Notes under the pieces: model-generated
What the model was told of the DNA's origin: nothing
The model's input: only the letters and a program-made list of their open reading frames with translations
Databases searched by the model: none
Shown here: positions 19,705 through 29,899 of the stretch, piece after piece
Layout of the letters: the number at the start of each line of letters is the position of its first letter
Numbering within the stretch: position 1 is the stretch's first letter
Origin: Deferribacterales bacterium
GTDB lineage: Bacteria; Chrysiogenota; Deferribacteres; Deferribacterales; Geovibrionaceae
Direction: 5' to 3'
Assembly (NCBI GenBank): GCA_050253075.1
Contig: JBFWJS010000002.1
Location: 288,001 to 352,000 of the forward strand
Length of the DNA stretch: 64,000 nt
Translations under genes and position numbers: made by a program

Positions 19705-21216
19705 CTAGCCTGCTCTTTTCGTCAGGTTTTTCATAGCGAAAGCCATTATGCTCTCCTGTGTGGCTTCCTCTTTTGAGAGTTCGCCTGCGACCTCTCCCGA
19801 GCTTATCACCAGTATCCTGTCGCTCATACCAATCACTTCGGGCATTTCGGAGGATATCAGTATTATGGCGAGCCCTTTCTCTTTCAGCTCGTTTATCAGC
19901 TCGTATATCTCTTTCTTCGCACCGACATCCACACCTCTGGTCGGCTCGTCCAGTATGAGCACCTTCGGCTCTGTGACCAGCCCTTTGCCTATGGCGACCT
20001 TCTGCTGATTTCCTCCGCTGAGGTTCACTACCTTCTGCATAGGTCCAGTGGTCTTTATGGACATTTTTTCGATATACATCTTCGAGGCTTCTTCCTCTTC
20101 GCCTGTGGAAATAAATCGGAATATATTCTGAAAGGCTTTCAAAGCGGGGAGAGTTATATTTTCCTTAATGCTCATGCCAAGTATCAGCCCGAGCTGTTTT
20201 CTGTCTTCGGAAACGTAGGATATGCCGTTTTCTATGGCGGATGAAGGGTGATTTATGCGGAGCTCCTTTCCGTCGATGACTATGCGTCCTTTGGAGAGAG
20301 CCATATATCCATAGACAGATTTTGCTATCTCGCTTCTGCCTGAGCCCATCAGCCCTGCGATGCCGAGTATCTCGCCCTTACGAACGGAGAATGTTACGTC
20401 TTTTATCGCCTGATTGGTCAGCCCCTCTACCTCAAACACGACATCGCCGTGCGTCGCTGTCGATATGGGGAAACGCTCGTCGAGAGCACGCCCCACCATA
20501 AGCTGTATGATCTTCTCCTCGGTAAGCTCGCTCACGGGCTTCATATCCACAAATGTGCCGTCACGCAGAACAGTTGCCCTGTCGCAAATATCGAATACTT
20601 CGGAAAGTTTATGAGAAATATAGACGAGTCCTTTCCCCTGACTTTTAAGCTCACGGATCACCTTATACAGGTTCTCCGTTTCCACATCTGTCAGCGAGTC
20701 TGTGGGCTCGTCCATGATGATTATCTTTGCGTTCATGGAGATGGCTTTGGCTATCTCGACTATCTGCGCCTTTCCGACACTGAGTGAAGACACCTTTGTC
20801 AGCGGAGACATCTCCGATTCTCCCAGCATGGCGAGGTATTCGGCTGCCCTTGCATTCATCTCTTTATACTTTATCCTGCCGTATACTGTCACAGGCTCAC
20901 GCCCGATGAATATATTCTCCGCAACGGTCAGCTCCGGCACAAGGTTCAGCTCCTGATGGATTATCGCTATCCCCTTTTTCTGTGCGTCTTTAGGGTCTCT
21001 GAGGTTCAGCGGTTCGCCTTCTAAGAATATCTCTCCGCCGTCTTTGGTATATACACCGCTGAGGATCTTCATCAGGGTGGATTTACCCGCCCCGTTCTCG
21101 CCCAGCAGAGCCATAATCTCCCCCGCATAGATATTGAACGAGACATCACCGAGAGCCTTTACACCGGGGAATCCCTTCACAATGTTCTTCATCTCCAGCA
21201 TTGGCTTGGCACTCAT
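19705..21216 (-). CDS. rbsA: Ribose ABC transporter ATP-binding protein (two ABC domains)
   Basis: GENGAGKST, LSGGNQQK, DEPTRGVDVGAK; TGATG coupling with rbsD. Confidence 0.93.
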   Translation of the reverse strand: MSAKPMLEMKNIVKGFPGVKALGDVSFNIYAGEIMALLGENGAGKSTLMKILSGVYTKDGGEIFLEGEPLNLRDPKDAQKKGIAIIHQELNLVPELTVAENIFIGREPVTVYGRIKYKEMNARAAEYLAMLGESEMSPLTKVSSLSVGKAQIVEIAKAISMNAKIIIMDEPTDSLTDVETENLYKVIRELKSQGKGLVYISHKLSEVFDICDRATVLRDGTFVDMKPVSELTEEKIIQLMVGRALDERFPISTATHGDVVFEVEGLTNQAIKDVTFSVRKGEILGIAGLMGSGRSEIAKSVYGYMALSKGRIVIDGKELRINHPSSAIENGISYVSEDRKQLGLILGMSIKENITLPALKAFQNIFRFISTGEEEEASKMYIEKMSIKTTGPMQKVVNLSGGNQQKVAIGKGLVTEPKVLILDEPTRGVDVGAKKEIYELINELKEKGLAIILISSEMPEVIGMSDRILVISSGEVAGELSKEEATQESIMAFAMKNLTKRAG

Positions 21217-21611
21217 CAGAACACCACTCCCGAATGCAGTATAACATTCGCATAAGGCGTGCATTCGCCTGTTCTTATCACAGCTTTGGCTTTCTTTGTG
21301 AGTTCTTTGAAATCCTCGTGGGACACATAGTGGTCTTCAGCCCCTTTGAGCTGTTTCTTGACGGCTTTTTCTATTGATGGATTATTAAAGTTTATCTCGT
21401 TTGCCAGAGTGTACTTCTCCACCTGAAGCTCCGAGACGACATTTTCCAAAACAGAGAGAAAGTCAGGCAGACCTTTACAAACGGCAAGATCAATTCGCTC
21501 CACACCGTCAGGTATGGGCAGTCCCGCATCGGCTATTACTATCATGTCCGTATGCCCCATCTCAGCGATAACAGCAGAGATACGGCTGTTTAAAAGTTTG
21601 CCTTTTTTCAT
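21216..21611 (-). CDS. rbsD: D-ribose pyranase
   Basis: [22 protein letters not shown]. Confidence 0.95.
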   Translation of the reverse strand: MKKGKLLNSRISAVIAEMGHTDMIVIADAGLPIPDGVERIDLAVCKGLPDFLSVLENVVSELQVEKYTLANEINFNNPSIEKAVKKQLKGAEDHYVSHEDFKELTKKAKAVIRTGECTPYANVILHSGVVF

Positions 21612-21660
21612 AGTCGACCCTCTCTATATATAAGAATACCAAAGTACACAAACATGGCAA

Positions 21661-21696
21661 CTAAAACTTTTAGCAAATTTTACTAAAAATTTTAGT
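21661..21696. promoter_or_regulatory. Tandem palindromes, candidate operator for the LacI-family regulator
   Basis: CTAAAACTTTTAG (21661-21673) and ACTAAAAATTTTAGT (21682-21696) between divergent rbsD and the regulator gene. Confidence 0.5.
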
Positions 21697-21800
21697 TCAT
21701 CTCACAAAAACATGTTATAATGTGTAATAGAAGATATCCCGATGTTTATCTATTTAATGCTAAGTGCTAAACAAATATAGACAAAACCAAGCAGAAGACT

Positions 21801-22850
21801 ATGAGCAAAAACATAACAGTAACAGAGATAGCAAAATTAGCAGAAGTTTCACCCTCCACGGTCTCCCTCGTTTTAAACGGTAAGCAGGGGGTGGGGAGTG
21901 AAGTACGTGAAAAGGTTCTGAAAATAGCCCGTGAGCACAACTATAAAGGGATGACAAGCGGCGGACTCAGCAGAAAGAACAAGACCATCTTATTTGTAAA
22001 CATAGTAAAACACGGACAGATACTTAATAAAAACCATAAGGCGTTCGTCGCCGACTATATAAACGGCGCAGTGACCGAAGCAGAGGAGAACGGCTATGCA
22101 CTAGAGGTGACAGCCTTCGACAGCTTCGACCCTGTGACGCTCACAGAGCACATAAACGCATCATACGCATCAGGCGCACTGATACTGGGCACAGAGCTGG
22201 AGGAAGCAGACATACTGCACCTCGCCACAGTCAAGATACCCGTCGTTTTTATAGACGTGCTCTCCCCTCATCTCCCCTTCGACTTTGTAGACATGAACAA
22301 CGACTCGTCTGTCTTCAACATCATGTCATATATAAAAGAGATGGGACATACATCCACAGGAATAGTGACAGGCTCTCATATCACGAGCAATTTCGCCCAC
22401 AGGATGCGCAGCTACGAGCGGTCTCTCGAACTGCTCGGAATAGATTACGACAAAAATTTCGTCTTCACCGTTAATTCGAAATATGAAAAAGCATATGAAG
22501 ACATGAGCACAATACTGGATAAAAAGCCGAAGATGCCAACAGTGCTCTTCTGCGTAAACGACATAATAGCCCTCGGCTGTATGAAAGCACTGAAAGAACA
22601 CGGATACCGCATACCCGAGGATATATCAATAGCCGGCTTTGACAACCTTGCCATGAGCTCTATGGCAGAACCGCCGTTAAGCACTGTAAAAGTATCCAAG
22701 AGAAGGATAAGCATAGCCGCTGTCGATCTTCTGCTTAAGCGGATGAACAGCGGAGAACGCACCCCATATGAAAAAATAATGATAGGCGGTGAAGTGATGA
22801 AAAGAGAGAGCATAAGGGACATGAAAGCCCCTCAGAAGGAGGAATCATGA
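21801..22850 (+). CDS. LacI-family transcriptional regulator of the ribose locus
   Basis: HTH IAKLAEVSPSTVSLVLN; IPEDISIAGFD, PPLSTV. Confidence 0.9.
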   Translation: MSKNITVTEIAKLAEVSPSTVSLVLNGKQGVGSEVREKVLKIAREHNYKGMTSGGLSRKNKTILFVNIVKHGQILNKNHKAFVADYINGAVTEAEENGYALEVTAFDSFDPVTLTEHINASYASGALILGTELEEADILHLATVKIPVVFIDVLSPHLPFDFVDMNNDSSVFNIMSYIKEMGHTSTGIVTGSHITSNFAHRMRSYERSLELLGIDYDKNFVFTVNSKYEKAYEDMSTILDKKPKMPTVLFCVNDIIALGCMKALKEHGYRIPEDISIAGFDNLAMSSMAEPPLSTVKVSKRRISIAAVDLLLKRMNSGERTPYEKIMIGGEVMKRESIRDMKAPQKEES

Positions 22851-23755
22851 GCAGATTCTGCATAGCAGGAAGCATAAATATGGATCTGGTGACAAAGGTT
22901 TCACGCTTCCCGAAACCGGGCGAAACAATATCAGGGCTGGCATTTAACACCTTCACCGGCGGTAAAGGGGCTAATCAGGCGGTGGCTCTGGCAAAACTTG
23001 GTGCCGAAACATCCATGGTAGGCAGAACAGGAAGCGACATTTATGCCTCTCAGTATATGTCATATTTCAAAACGCTGAACATAGACACGGCAGGGATAGA
23101 GGCTGTGGATACATCCACAGGGATAGCAGCCATCAGCGTAGACGGTAAAGGCGAAAACTGCATCATATACGTCGAAGGCGCAAACGGCACTGTAGACCCA
23201 GCATACATCCGCTCGAAAGCTGAAATAATAGCAAAGGCAGACTATCTGCTCCTTCAGCTTGAGATACCTATGGATGCAGTATGTGAAGCGGCTAAGACAG
23301 CATCGGAAAACGGCAGGACGGTAATACTCGACCCTGCGCCGGCAAAGGCAGTGCCGAACGAACTGCTTAAACACACCACGATAATAACCCCGAACGAGAC
23401 CGAAGCAGAGATATTAACAGGGATAAAACCGAGCAGTGACGCCGACATCGAAAAGATAGGCAAAGCACTTGCAAATAAAGGCGTTTCCACCGTTATCATC
23501 AAAGCTGGAAGCCGTGGAGCATACATATATCAAAGCGGAAAAATAACCCATGTAGAAGGCTTTAAAGTAGACACGGCAGACACCACCGCAGCGGGCGATA
23601 CCTTCAACGCAGGGCTGGCATATGCCCTCGGCACAGGAAAGAAGATCAAGGATGCAGTCCTTTTTGCAAATGCGGCGGCAGCCATCTCCACCACAAGGGT
23701 CGGAGCACAGAGCGGAATGCCTTCACTAGGCGATGTGAAAGCCCTCCTCGGATGA
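22847..23755 (+). CDS. rbsK: Ribokinase
   Basis: GSINMD, GGKGANQAVA, PNETEAE, DTTAAGDTF. Confidence 0.93.
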   Translation: MSRFCIAGSINMDLVTKVSRFPKPGETISGLAFNTFTGGKGANQAVALAKLGAETSMVGRTGSDIYASQYMSYFKTLNIDTAGIEAVDTSTGIAAISVDGKGENCIIYVEGANGTVDPAYIRSKAEIIAKADYLLLQLEIPMDAVCEAAKTASENGRTVILDPAPAKAVPNELLKHTTIITPNETEAEILTGIKPSSDADIEKIGKALANKGVSTVIIKAGSRGAYIYQSGKITHVEGFKVDTADTTAAGDTFNAGLAYALGTGKKIKDAVLFANAAAAISTTRVGAQSGMPSLGDVKALLG

Positions 23756-24048
23756 TATGAAAACAGCTTCAACATATCGCTGAATAATAAATCACAGATA
23801 AATAACAATTGCATGTTCAAAGGCTTACACTCGTAAATCAATATAGAAGCGAATCATAATATCATTAGTAAAGAGGAGAATACTCAATTATTTTTCAACC
23901 TACAAAAAAGGTAAAATGTTGCCATTCTCCTTATTATCAATTCTTTAGCGTATTATCGGAAAATATAATAGCGTTGTAATTATTTGATAAAAAACATAGA
24001 TATAGCATTTTAGCAAAACATCAAATATCTTTTGTGCAAGAAATAGTT

Positions 24049-25062
24049 ATGGTAGAAAAACTTACACTTTCAAAAGACATTCAGAATGCCAGGGAGCTGA
24101 TCGAGTCTCACGGTCTGACATATGATGAGAAGTTCGACACCCTTGCCGGTATATTCGAAGGTGAAAACCTCATCGCTACCGGTGCGCGCAAAAACGATAT
24201 ACTCAAAATGTTCGTAGTGACACAGAGCTTCTCAGGAGCGGATAACCTCGGTGAAATGTGTACATTCCTGCTGAATGACGCCGTCGCATCAGGCTTCAGC
24301 AATGTATTCTTATTTACTAAAACCGAATACGCACAGAGCTTTACCCAACTTAATTTCAAAACTCTGGCAACAGGCACAAAAGCTGTGCTGATGGAGTTCG
24401 GCAACGGCTTCTCTAAATACATCGAAAGCATCAAGCCTCTGGTACACACCGAAAATAACGGTGCAATAGTGATGAACTGCAACCCATTCACCAACGGTCA
24501 CAGATACCTCGTTGAACAGGCAGCATCAAAGGTAGAGACACTCATACTATTCGTAGTGAAAGAGGAACGCTCGCTCTTCACATTTGAAAGCAGGCTGGAG
24601 CTGGTGAAACAAGGGACGGCACACATAGATAACGTGGTGGTCACAGACACATCCAGCTATGCCGTTAGTGATGCGACATTTCCTTCATATTTCATCAAAA
24701 ACACGGATGAAAAAATTCAGGCACAGATAGAGCTCGACCTGAACATCTTTGCAAAAAAGATAGCACCTGAGCTGAACATCAGGAAACGATTCGTAGGCAC
24801 TGAGCCTTTCTGCGACACCACAGGCAGATACAACGACATGATGAAGGATATACTCCCCTTAAACGGAATAGAGTTAGTAGAGATCCCCCGTGTAAAGCAT
24901 AAGGGTGAAGAGGTCAGCGCATCAAAAGTGCGCAGGGCTCTGGCCGAGGAAAACTATGAGATAATAAGGGAGTGTGTGCCTGAGTCCACATACAGCTATC
25001 TGTGCTCAAAAGAATTTCAGGATAAAATTAAAGATATAAATATCAATGAAAGGAGACATTAA
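24049..25062 (+). CDS. citC: [Citrate (pro-3S)-lyase] ligase
   Basis: VMNCNPFTNGHRYL, SDATFPSYF, RFVGTEP, VSASKVR; alternative GTG start at 24034. Confidence 0.93.
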   Translation: MVEKLTLSKDIQNARELIESHGLTYDEKFDTLAGIFEGENLIATGARKNDILKMFVVTQSFSGADNLGEMCTFLLNDAVASGFSNVFLFTKTEYAQSFTQLNFKTLATGTKAVLMEFGNGFSKYIESIKPLVHTENNGAIVMNCNPFTNGHRYLVEQAASKVETLILFVVKEERSLFTFESRLELVKQGTAHIDNVVVTDTSSYAVSDATFPSYFIKNTDEKIQAQIELDLNIFAKKIAPELNIRKRFVGTEPFCDTTGRYNDMMKDILPLNGIELVEIPRVKHKGEEVSASKVRRALAEENYEIIRECVPESTYSYLCSKEFQDKIKDININERRH

Positions 25063-25325
25063 TGAACATCATTAAAAACGCTCAGGCAGGCACTATGCAG
25101 TCCAGCGACCTTATGGTTTTCGTAGAGCCGTCGGACAGCCTGATCATAGAGATAGAGTCTTCTGTTTTAAAGCAGTTCGGACATCTCATCCGTGAAAAGA
25201 CCGAACAGGTGCTCGCTAAGAACGAAGTAAAAAAAGGACTTATAAAGATAATAGACAGAGGTGCTCTGGACTATGCCATAGAGGCAAGGATAGAGACCGC
25301 AATACAGAGAAGCTGCGGAGAATAA
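25062..25325 (+). CDS. citD: Citrate lyase acyl carrier protein (gamma subunit)
   Basis: AGTMQSSD prosthetic-group Ser motif, KQFG, DRGALD. Confidence 0.93.
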   Translation: MNIIKNAQAGTMQSSDLMVFVEPSDSLIIEIESSVLKQFGHLIREKTEQVLAKNEVKKGLIKIIDRGALDYAIEARIETAIQRSCGE

Positions 25326-25327
25326 CA

Positions 25328-25807
25328 ATGCACAAGGAACTTTGGTATAAAGAATACGACCCGGCCAGACGCTTCATAGTGAAGATAACTCCGGGGAGCA
25401 ACATCGTCAGAAAGCTGAAGAAATTCGCCAAAACTGAAAATGTAAAGAACGCCGTAATACTCTCCGCCGTGGGCTCAGTAAAAAATGTAACCTTCCGAGG
25501 CGTAAAAACCGGGGCGAAGCTGCCCATAACAGAGCCGAGGATAATGATACACAATGTCGAAGGTCCGCTTGAGCTCTTAGGGCTGGAGGGGAATATTTTC
25601 CCCGATGAGAGCGGCGAACCGGATGCACACCTGCACATAATGATGGCGAAGTCTTCAGGCGAGGTGATAGGCGGGCACATGTATGACTGCGACGTCTTTG
25701 CATCGTGTGAGATACTCCTGCAAGAGCTCATCGTCACCGGTGTGGAGAGACACATCTCCGCCACAGGCGGCACATCCACAATATTTATCGAAGGTGAAGA
25801 GATATGA
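25328..25807 (+). CDS. PPC/DUF296 domain protein
   Basis: SAVGS, ELLGLEGNI, AHLHI...VIGGH. Confidence 0.85.
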   Translation: MHKELWYKEYDPARRFIVKITPGSNIVRKLKKFAKTENVKNAVILSAVGSVKNVTFRGVKTGAKLPITEPRIMIHNVEGPLELLGLEGNIFPDESGEPDAHLHIMMAKSSGEVIGGHMYDCDVFASCEILLQELIVTGVERHISATGGTSTIFIEGEEI

Positions 25808-26718
25808 GCAAGCTGCGCAGATCCATCCTTTACGTCCCCGGAAACATGCCGTCCATGCTGCAGAACATTCCCGTCTTCAAATCTGACGGTATATTCATAG
25901 ACCTCGAAGACGCAGTCCCCCTTTCGGAAAAGGACGCAGCCAGAAAGATAGTAAGAAAGTTCCTCGAAAACTATAAAAACCGCACAAGCGAAACATTCGT
26001 CCGCATCAACGGACTGGAGACAAAGTGGGGCTATGACGACCTGCGTGAAATACTCCCCGCAAAGCCCGACGGAGTGCGCCTGCCGAAAGCAGACACGCCC
26101 GAGATAGTCGAACGCCTCGACACATTCCTCACAGAGATGGAGGAGGAGCTAGGCTTCGAGATAGGACATTTTAAGATAATTCCATCCATAGAAAACGCAC
26201 TCGGCGTCATAAACTGCATCAAAACTGCACGTACGACAAAGCGTGTGATAGCCCTCGCATTCGGTGCAGAGGACTATACGGCGAGCCTTGAGGTTCAGCG
26301 TACGAAATCAGGCGAGGAGCTCTTCCACGCAAGGACAAGGGTCATCTGGGCAGCAAAAGCTGCGGGCATACAGGCGATAGACACCGTCTTCACCGATGTT
26401 GCCGATATGGACAGCTTCCGCCGTGAATGTGAGCTTATCAAGACACTCGGCTTTACAGGCAAATCCCTCGTAAACCCTCGCCAGATAGACGTTCTGCATG
26501 AAGTTTTCGCTCCGAAACGTGAGGAGATAGAATACGCCAACGACGTCATGGAAGCCATCATAGAAGCACGTAAGATGGGAACAGGCGTTATATCCCTGCG
26601 AGGAAAGATGATCGACGCACCTGTTGTAAAGCGTGCGTACACAGTTTTGAAAACAGCATACGCACAAGGGCTCATAGAGATCGAGCCTGATGAGGAGGTA
26701 ATCTATGGTGCGCAATAG
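25804..26718 (+). CDS. citE: Citrate lyase beta subunit (citryl-ACP lyase)
   Basis: RRSILYVPG, DLEDAV, VRIN, FGAEDY, GKMIDAP. Confidence 0.92.
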   Translation: MSKLRRSILYVPGNMPSMLQNIPVFKSDGIFIDLEDAVPLSEKDAARKIVRKFLENYKNRTSETFVRINGLETKWGYDDLREILPAKPDGVRLPKADTPEIVERLDTFLTEMEEELGFEIGHFKIIPSIENALGVINCIKTARTTKRVIALAFGAEDYTASLEVQRTKSGEELFHARTRVIWAAKAAGIQAIDTVFTDVADMDSFRRECELIKTLGFTGKSLVNPRQIDVLHEVFAPKREEIEYANDVMEAIIEARKMGTGVISLRGKMIDAPVVKRAYTVLKTAYAQGLIEIEPDEEVIYGAQ

Positions 26719-28243
26719 CCTCGGCAGACTGCTCCCCGAAGAATACAACGGCAGAAAGGTGATCCCGTACAGCGACCCTTTCAGTGTGAAGCCAAGCGGT
26801 GAAACAGCCACCAGAGAGCTCCGCAGAGTGAACAGCACAGATAATAAGCTGCTCGGCTCCATCAGAGAAGCAATAGACGCCGTAGGGCTGAAAGACGGCA
26901 TGACGATAGCCACTCACCACCACCTGAGAAACGGCGATGCCGTGCTCGGCGCCGTGGTAAAGGCGATAGATGAAAAAGGACTTAAAAATATAAAGATAGC
27001 ATCCAGCTCGGTCCACCCCGTACACGCAGAGATCATCCCATACATCGAAAAGGGTGTAATAACAGCATTTGAGTGCGGTGTGAACGGACCGATAGGCGAA
27101 AAAGCATCCAGAGGCGAACTTAACTGTCCGATAATCGTGCGCAGTCACGGCGGACGTGCCAGAAGCCTCATGGAAGGAAGCGTTGTGGTAGACGCCGCCT
27201 TCATAGCTGCCCCTGCATGTGACGAATACGGCAATATGCTCGGATACAGCGGACAGTCCGCATGCGGTTCTCTCGGATACGCAAAGGTGGACGCATCCTA
27301 TGCGAAAAAGGTCGTAGCCGTCACAGACAACCTCGTCCCATTCCCTGCCGCACCTTATTCCATCCCTCAGTCTGAGGTGGACTACGTGGTAAAGGTAGAC
27401 TCGCTGGGCGACCCTTCGAAGATAGTATCCACCACCACAAGGATAACAACAGACCCCGTGGGGCTCCAGATAGCTAAATACGCGGCCAGCGTGATCGAAT
27501 CCTCAGGTCTGCTCAAAAACGGCTTCTCCTTCCAGACAGGCTCAGGGGGGATATCTCTCGCCGTTGCAGATAATGTGAAGAAGATGATGCTGGAGAAAGA
27601 GATAAAAGGGAGCTTCGGATGCGGAGGCATCACAGGATACTTCGTAGACATGCTCGAACAAGGGCTTTTCCAGACGCTCTTCGACGTGCAGTGTTTCGAC
27701 CTGAAAGCCGTGGAATCCATAGGCAGAAACAGAAACCACGTGGAAATAAGCGCAGACCTCTATGCCAATCCTTTCAACTGCGGAGCGATAGTGAACAAGC
27801 TCGACACCGTTATCCTCGGTGCAACAGAGATAGACACCAGCTTCAACGTGAATGTGAATACAGAGTCCAACGGACTGCTCCTGCACAACACAGGCGGACA
27901 CTCTGACACTGCCGCAGGTGCGAAACTCTCCATAATAGTCGCTCCGTCCATCAGAGGCAGGCTGCCCATCATCCGTGAGGAGCTGACAACCATAACCACC
28001 CCCGGTGAGACTGTTGACGTGGTCGTCACTGAGCTGGGCATAGCAGTAAACCCGAAAAACGAAGACCTGAAAAGGGAACTGATAAAGAACAAGCTCCCCG
28101 TGAAAGATATAAACCAGCTCCATGAAGAGATCATCGCCATTACAGGAAAGCCGAGACCCCTCGAATTCACCGATGAGATCATAGCTCTGATAGAGTACAG
28201 GGACGGAACGATAATAGATGCCGTTAGAAAAATTAAAGCGTGA
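26705..28243 (+). CDS. citF: Citrate lyase alpha subunit (citrate CoA-transferase)
   Basis: HHHLRNGD, RSHGGR, FQTGSGG, GGHSDTAAG. Confidence 0.95.
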   Translation: MVRNSLGRLLPEEYNGRKVIPYSDPFSVKPSGETATRELRRVNSTDNKLLGSIREAIDAVGLKDGMTIATHHHLRNGDAVLGAVVKAIDEKGLKNIKIASSSVHPVHAEIIPYIEKGVITAFECGVNGPIGEKASRGELNCPIIVRSHGGRARSLMEGSVVVDAAFIAAPACDEYGNMLGYSGQSACGSLGYAKVDASYAKKVVAVTDNLVPFPAAPYSIPQSEVDYVVKVDSLGDPSKIVSTTTRITTDPVGLQIAKYAASVIESSGLLKNGFSFQTGSGGISLAVADNVKKMMLEKEIKGSFGCGGITGYFVDMLEQGLFQTLFDVQCFDLKAVESIGRNRNHVEISADLYANPFNCGAIVNKLDTVILGATEIDTSFNVNVNTESNGLLLHNTGGHSDTAAGAKLSIIVAPSIRGRLPIIREELTTITTPGETVDVVVTELGIAVNPKNEDLKRELIKNKLPVKDINQLHEEIIAITGKPRPLEFTDEIIALIEYRDGTIIDAVRKIKA

Positions 28244-28709
28244 GATACTGCAAAGCAGAGATGACCGACAGCAGGAGATAGACAGACTGGTACAGGGTGG
28301 TAAACCCCTTGTGTCCCTCTCCGCAAATATCCCGGGTGATGATAAAAAGCCCGCAGGATTCAACGATATCTTTGCGCATGTCTGTGGTTTGGTCAAGGAG
28401 AGCGCAGAGCTCGTATATACCTGCGACGATGCTCTCGGGCCGTTCGCCCTCTTCCTGTCTGAGACGCCTCAGACTGAGCTGAAGCGTGCCATGGTAACCA
28501 TAGAAAATGCCCATGCATGGGGCAGACTGATAGACATCGATGTTTATGACGATGCAGGACTGCCAATAAGCAGAGCCTCGCTCGGCTTTGAAGAAAGAGG
28601 ATGCCTGATATGCTCCGACACGGCGAAAAGCTGTATCAAAGCAGGCAGACACAGTATGAAAGACCTGATGAGGGCTGCAAATGATATTATCGACAGATAC
28701 CACTGCTGA
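28218..28709 (+). CDS. citX: Apo-citrate lyase phosphoribosyl-dephospho-CoA transferase
   Basis: NIPG, GRLIDIDV, CLIC...C...H. Confidence 0.88.
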   Translation: MPLEKLKREILQSRDDRQQEIDRLVQGGKPLVSLSANIPGDDKKPAGFNDIFAHVCGLVKESAELVYTCDDALGPFALFLSETPQTELKRAMVTIENAHAWGRLIDIDVYDDAGLPISRASLGFEERGCLICSDTAKSCIKAGRHSMKDLMRAANDIIDRYHC

Positions 28710-29475
28710 TATTAATAAGCTGACTAATAAACTAACAGAGGGGTCAAGGGTAGAGCTATATCTCACACCGAAGCCCGGACTGGTGGACATGCTGAATAAC
28801 GGCTCCCACACAGACCTTGATCTGCTGAAGATGACAAAATCCATACACATCATTGAAAGATATATGAACCGCATAGCCGACAGCCTCACAGACGGACAGC
28901 CTCTGGCTGATCAGGTGCGTCTGGGCAGAGAAGCCGAGGCAGAGATGTATGACAAACTCGGCACGAACACACATAGGGGATACATATTCCTCTCCGGTCT
29001 GATAGCCTCCGCCGCTTATCACAGCCCGAAAGACATCAGAGGGATGATAAAACTGCTGTCACTCGAACTTTTCGCAGATGTGCGGGACACAAACAGCAAC
29101 GGACAGAAAGTGCGTGAAAAGCACAACGAAGGCGGTATAGCCGAAGAGTGCCTGAAAGGTCTGCCGTCTATATTTGAAAATTCGCTCCCTGCATTTCGTA
29201 AAGCCTATGAAAAGACAGGCTGTTTCCGCACCGCATCTTTCTTTGCACTGGCTAATCTGATGCAGAATGTGACAGACACCACAGCCATACACAGATGCGG
29301 TCTCGAAGGGCTGGACATCATTAAAAAAGACGGTAAAATTCTGGAAGAGCTCATAAGGTCGGGACTGCCGTTCGATGACTTCCTTAAAAAGCGCAATGAG
29401 CAATACGTAAAGCTGAATCTGACGATGGGCGGTATAGCCGACATGCTCGGCATCACGGTAGCACTAGCCCTCTAA
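28681..29475 (+). CDS. citG: Triphosphoribosyl-dephospho-CoA synthase
   Basis: TPKPGLVD, GSHTD, NTHRG, MGGIADML. Confidence 0.9.
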   Translation: MILSTDTTADINKLTNKLTEGSRVELYLTPKPGLVDMLNNGSHTDLDLLKMTKSIHIIERYMNRIADSLTDGQPLADQVRLGREAEAEMYDKLGTNTHRGYIFLSGLIASAAYHSPKDIRGMIKLLSLELFADVRDTNSNGQKVREKHNEGGIAEECLKGLPSIFENSLPAFRKAYEKTGCFRTASFFALANLMQNVTDTTAIHRCGLEGLDIIKKDGKILEELIRSGLPFDDFLKKRNEQYVKLNLTMGGIADMLGITVALAL

Positions 29476-29495
29476 TGAATACTGTCTACGAATCA

Positions 29496-29687
29496 CTAGT
29501 GCTTGTGCGCACCGCAACATGAACCGTCAGTATCGCAACCGTCCTTCTTATCCTTGCTGTCGCTGCAGCACCCGCCGCTGCTATGCTCAGACCCGCAGCC
29601 GCAACCTTTCCCTTTTACGATGTAATAGGCGAGGTATAAAACAGCCGTGAGAACTATCCCAAATACAATCAATGTTTCGTAAGACAT
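29496..29687 (-). CDS. Small Cys-rich membrane protein (FeoB-associated Cys-rich family-like)
   Basis: N-terminal TM followed by GCGCG...CC...C...CC; GGAGG RBS; Fur-like box upstream. Confidence 0.7.
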   Translation of the reverse strand: MSYETLIVFGIVLTAVLYLAYYIVKGKGCGCGSEHSSGGCCSDSKDKKDGCDTDGSCCGAHKH

Positions 29688-29705
29688 AACAGCCTCCAAT
29701 TCCTA

Positions 29706-29724
29706 AATAATGAAACTGATTATC
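29706..29724. promoter_or_regulatory. Fur box
   Basis: AATAATGAAACTGATTATC, 15/19 match to GATAATGATAATCATTATC. Confidence 0.65.
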
Positions 29725-29899
29725 AATATCATCCATAAGAATATATGTCAATGAAAATCGTATGAAAAACGCTGACAATCGTACATAGCCCTTGATAAAA
29801 TATCCTTCGGGGTATTATGTAATGTATCTGCCTGAAACACTGTGGAATTATTTGCATTTTCACGGTAAAATATTATGAAATCAAAGAAAAGGCTAAAAA

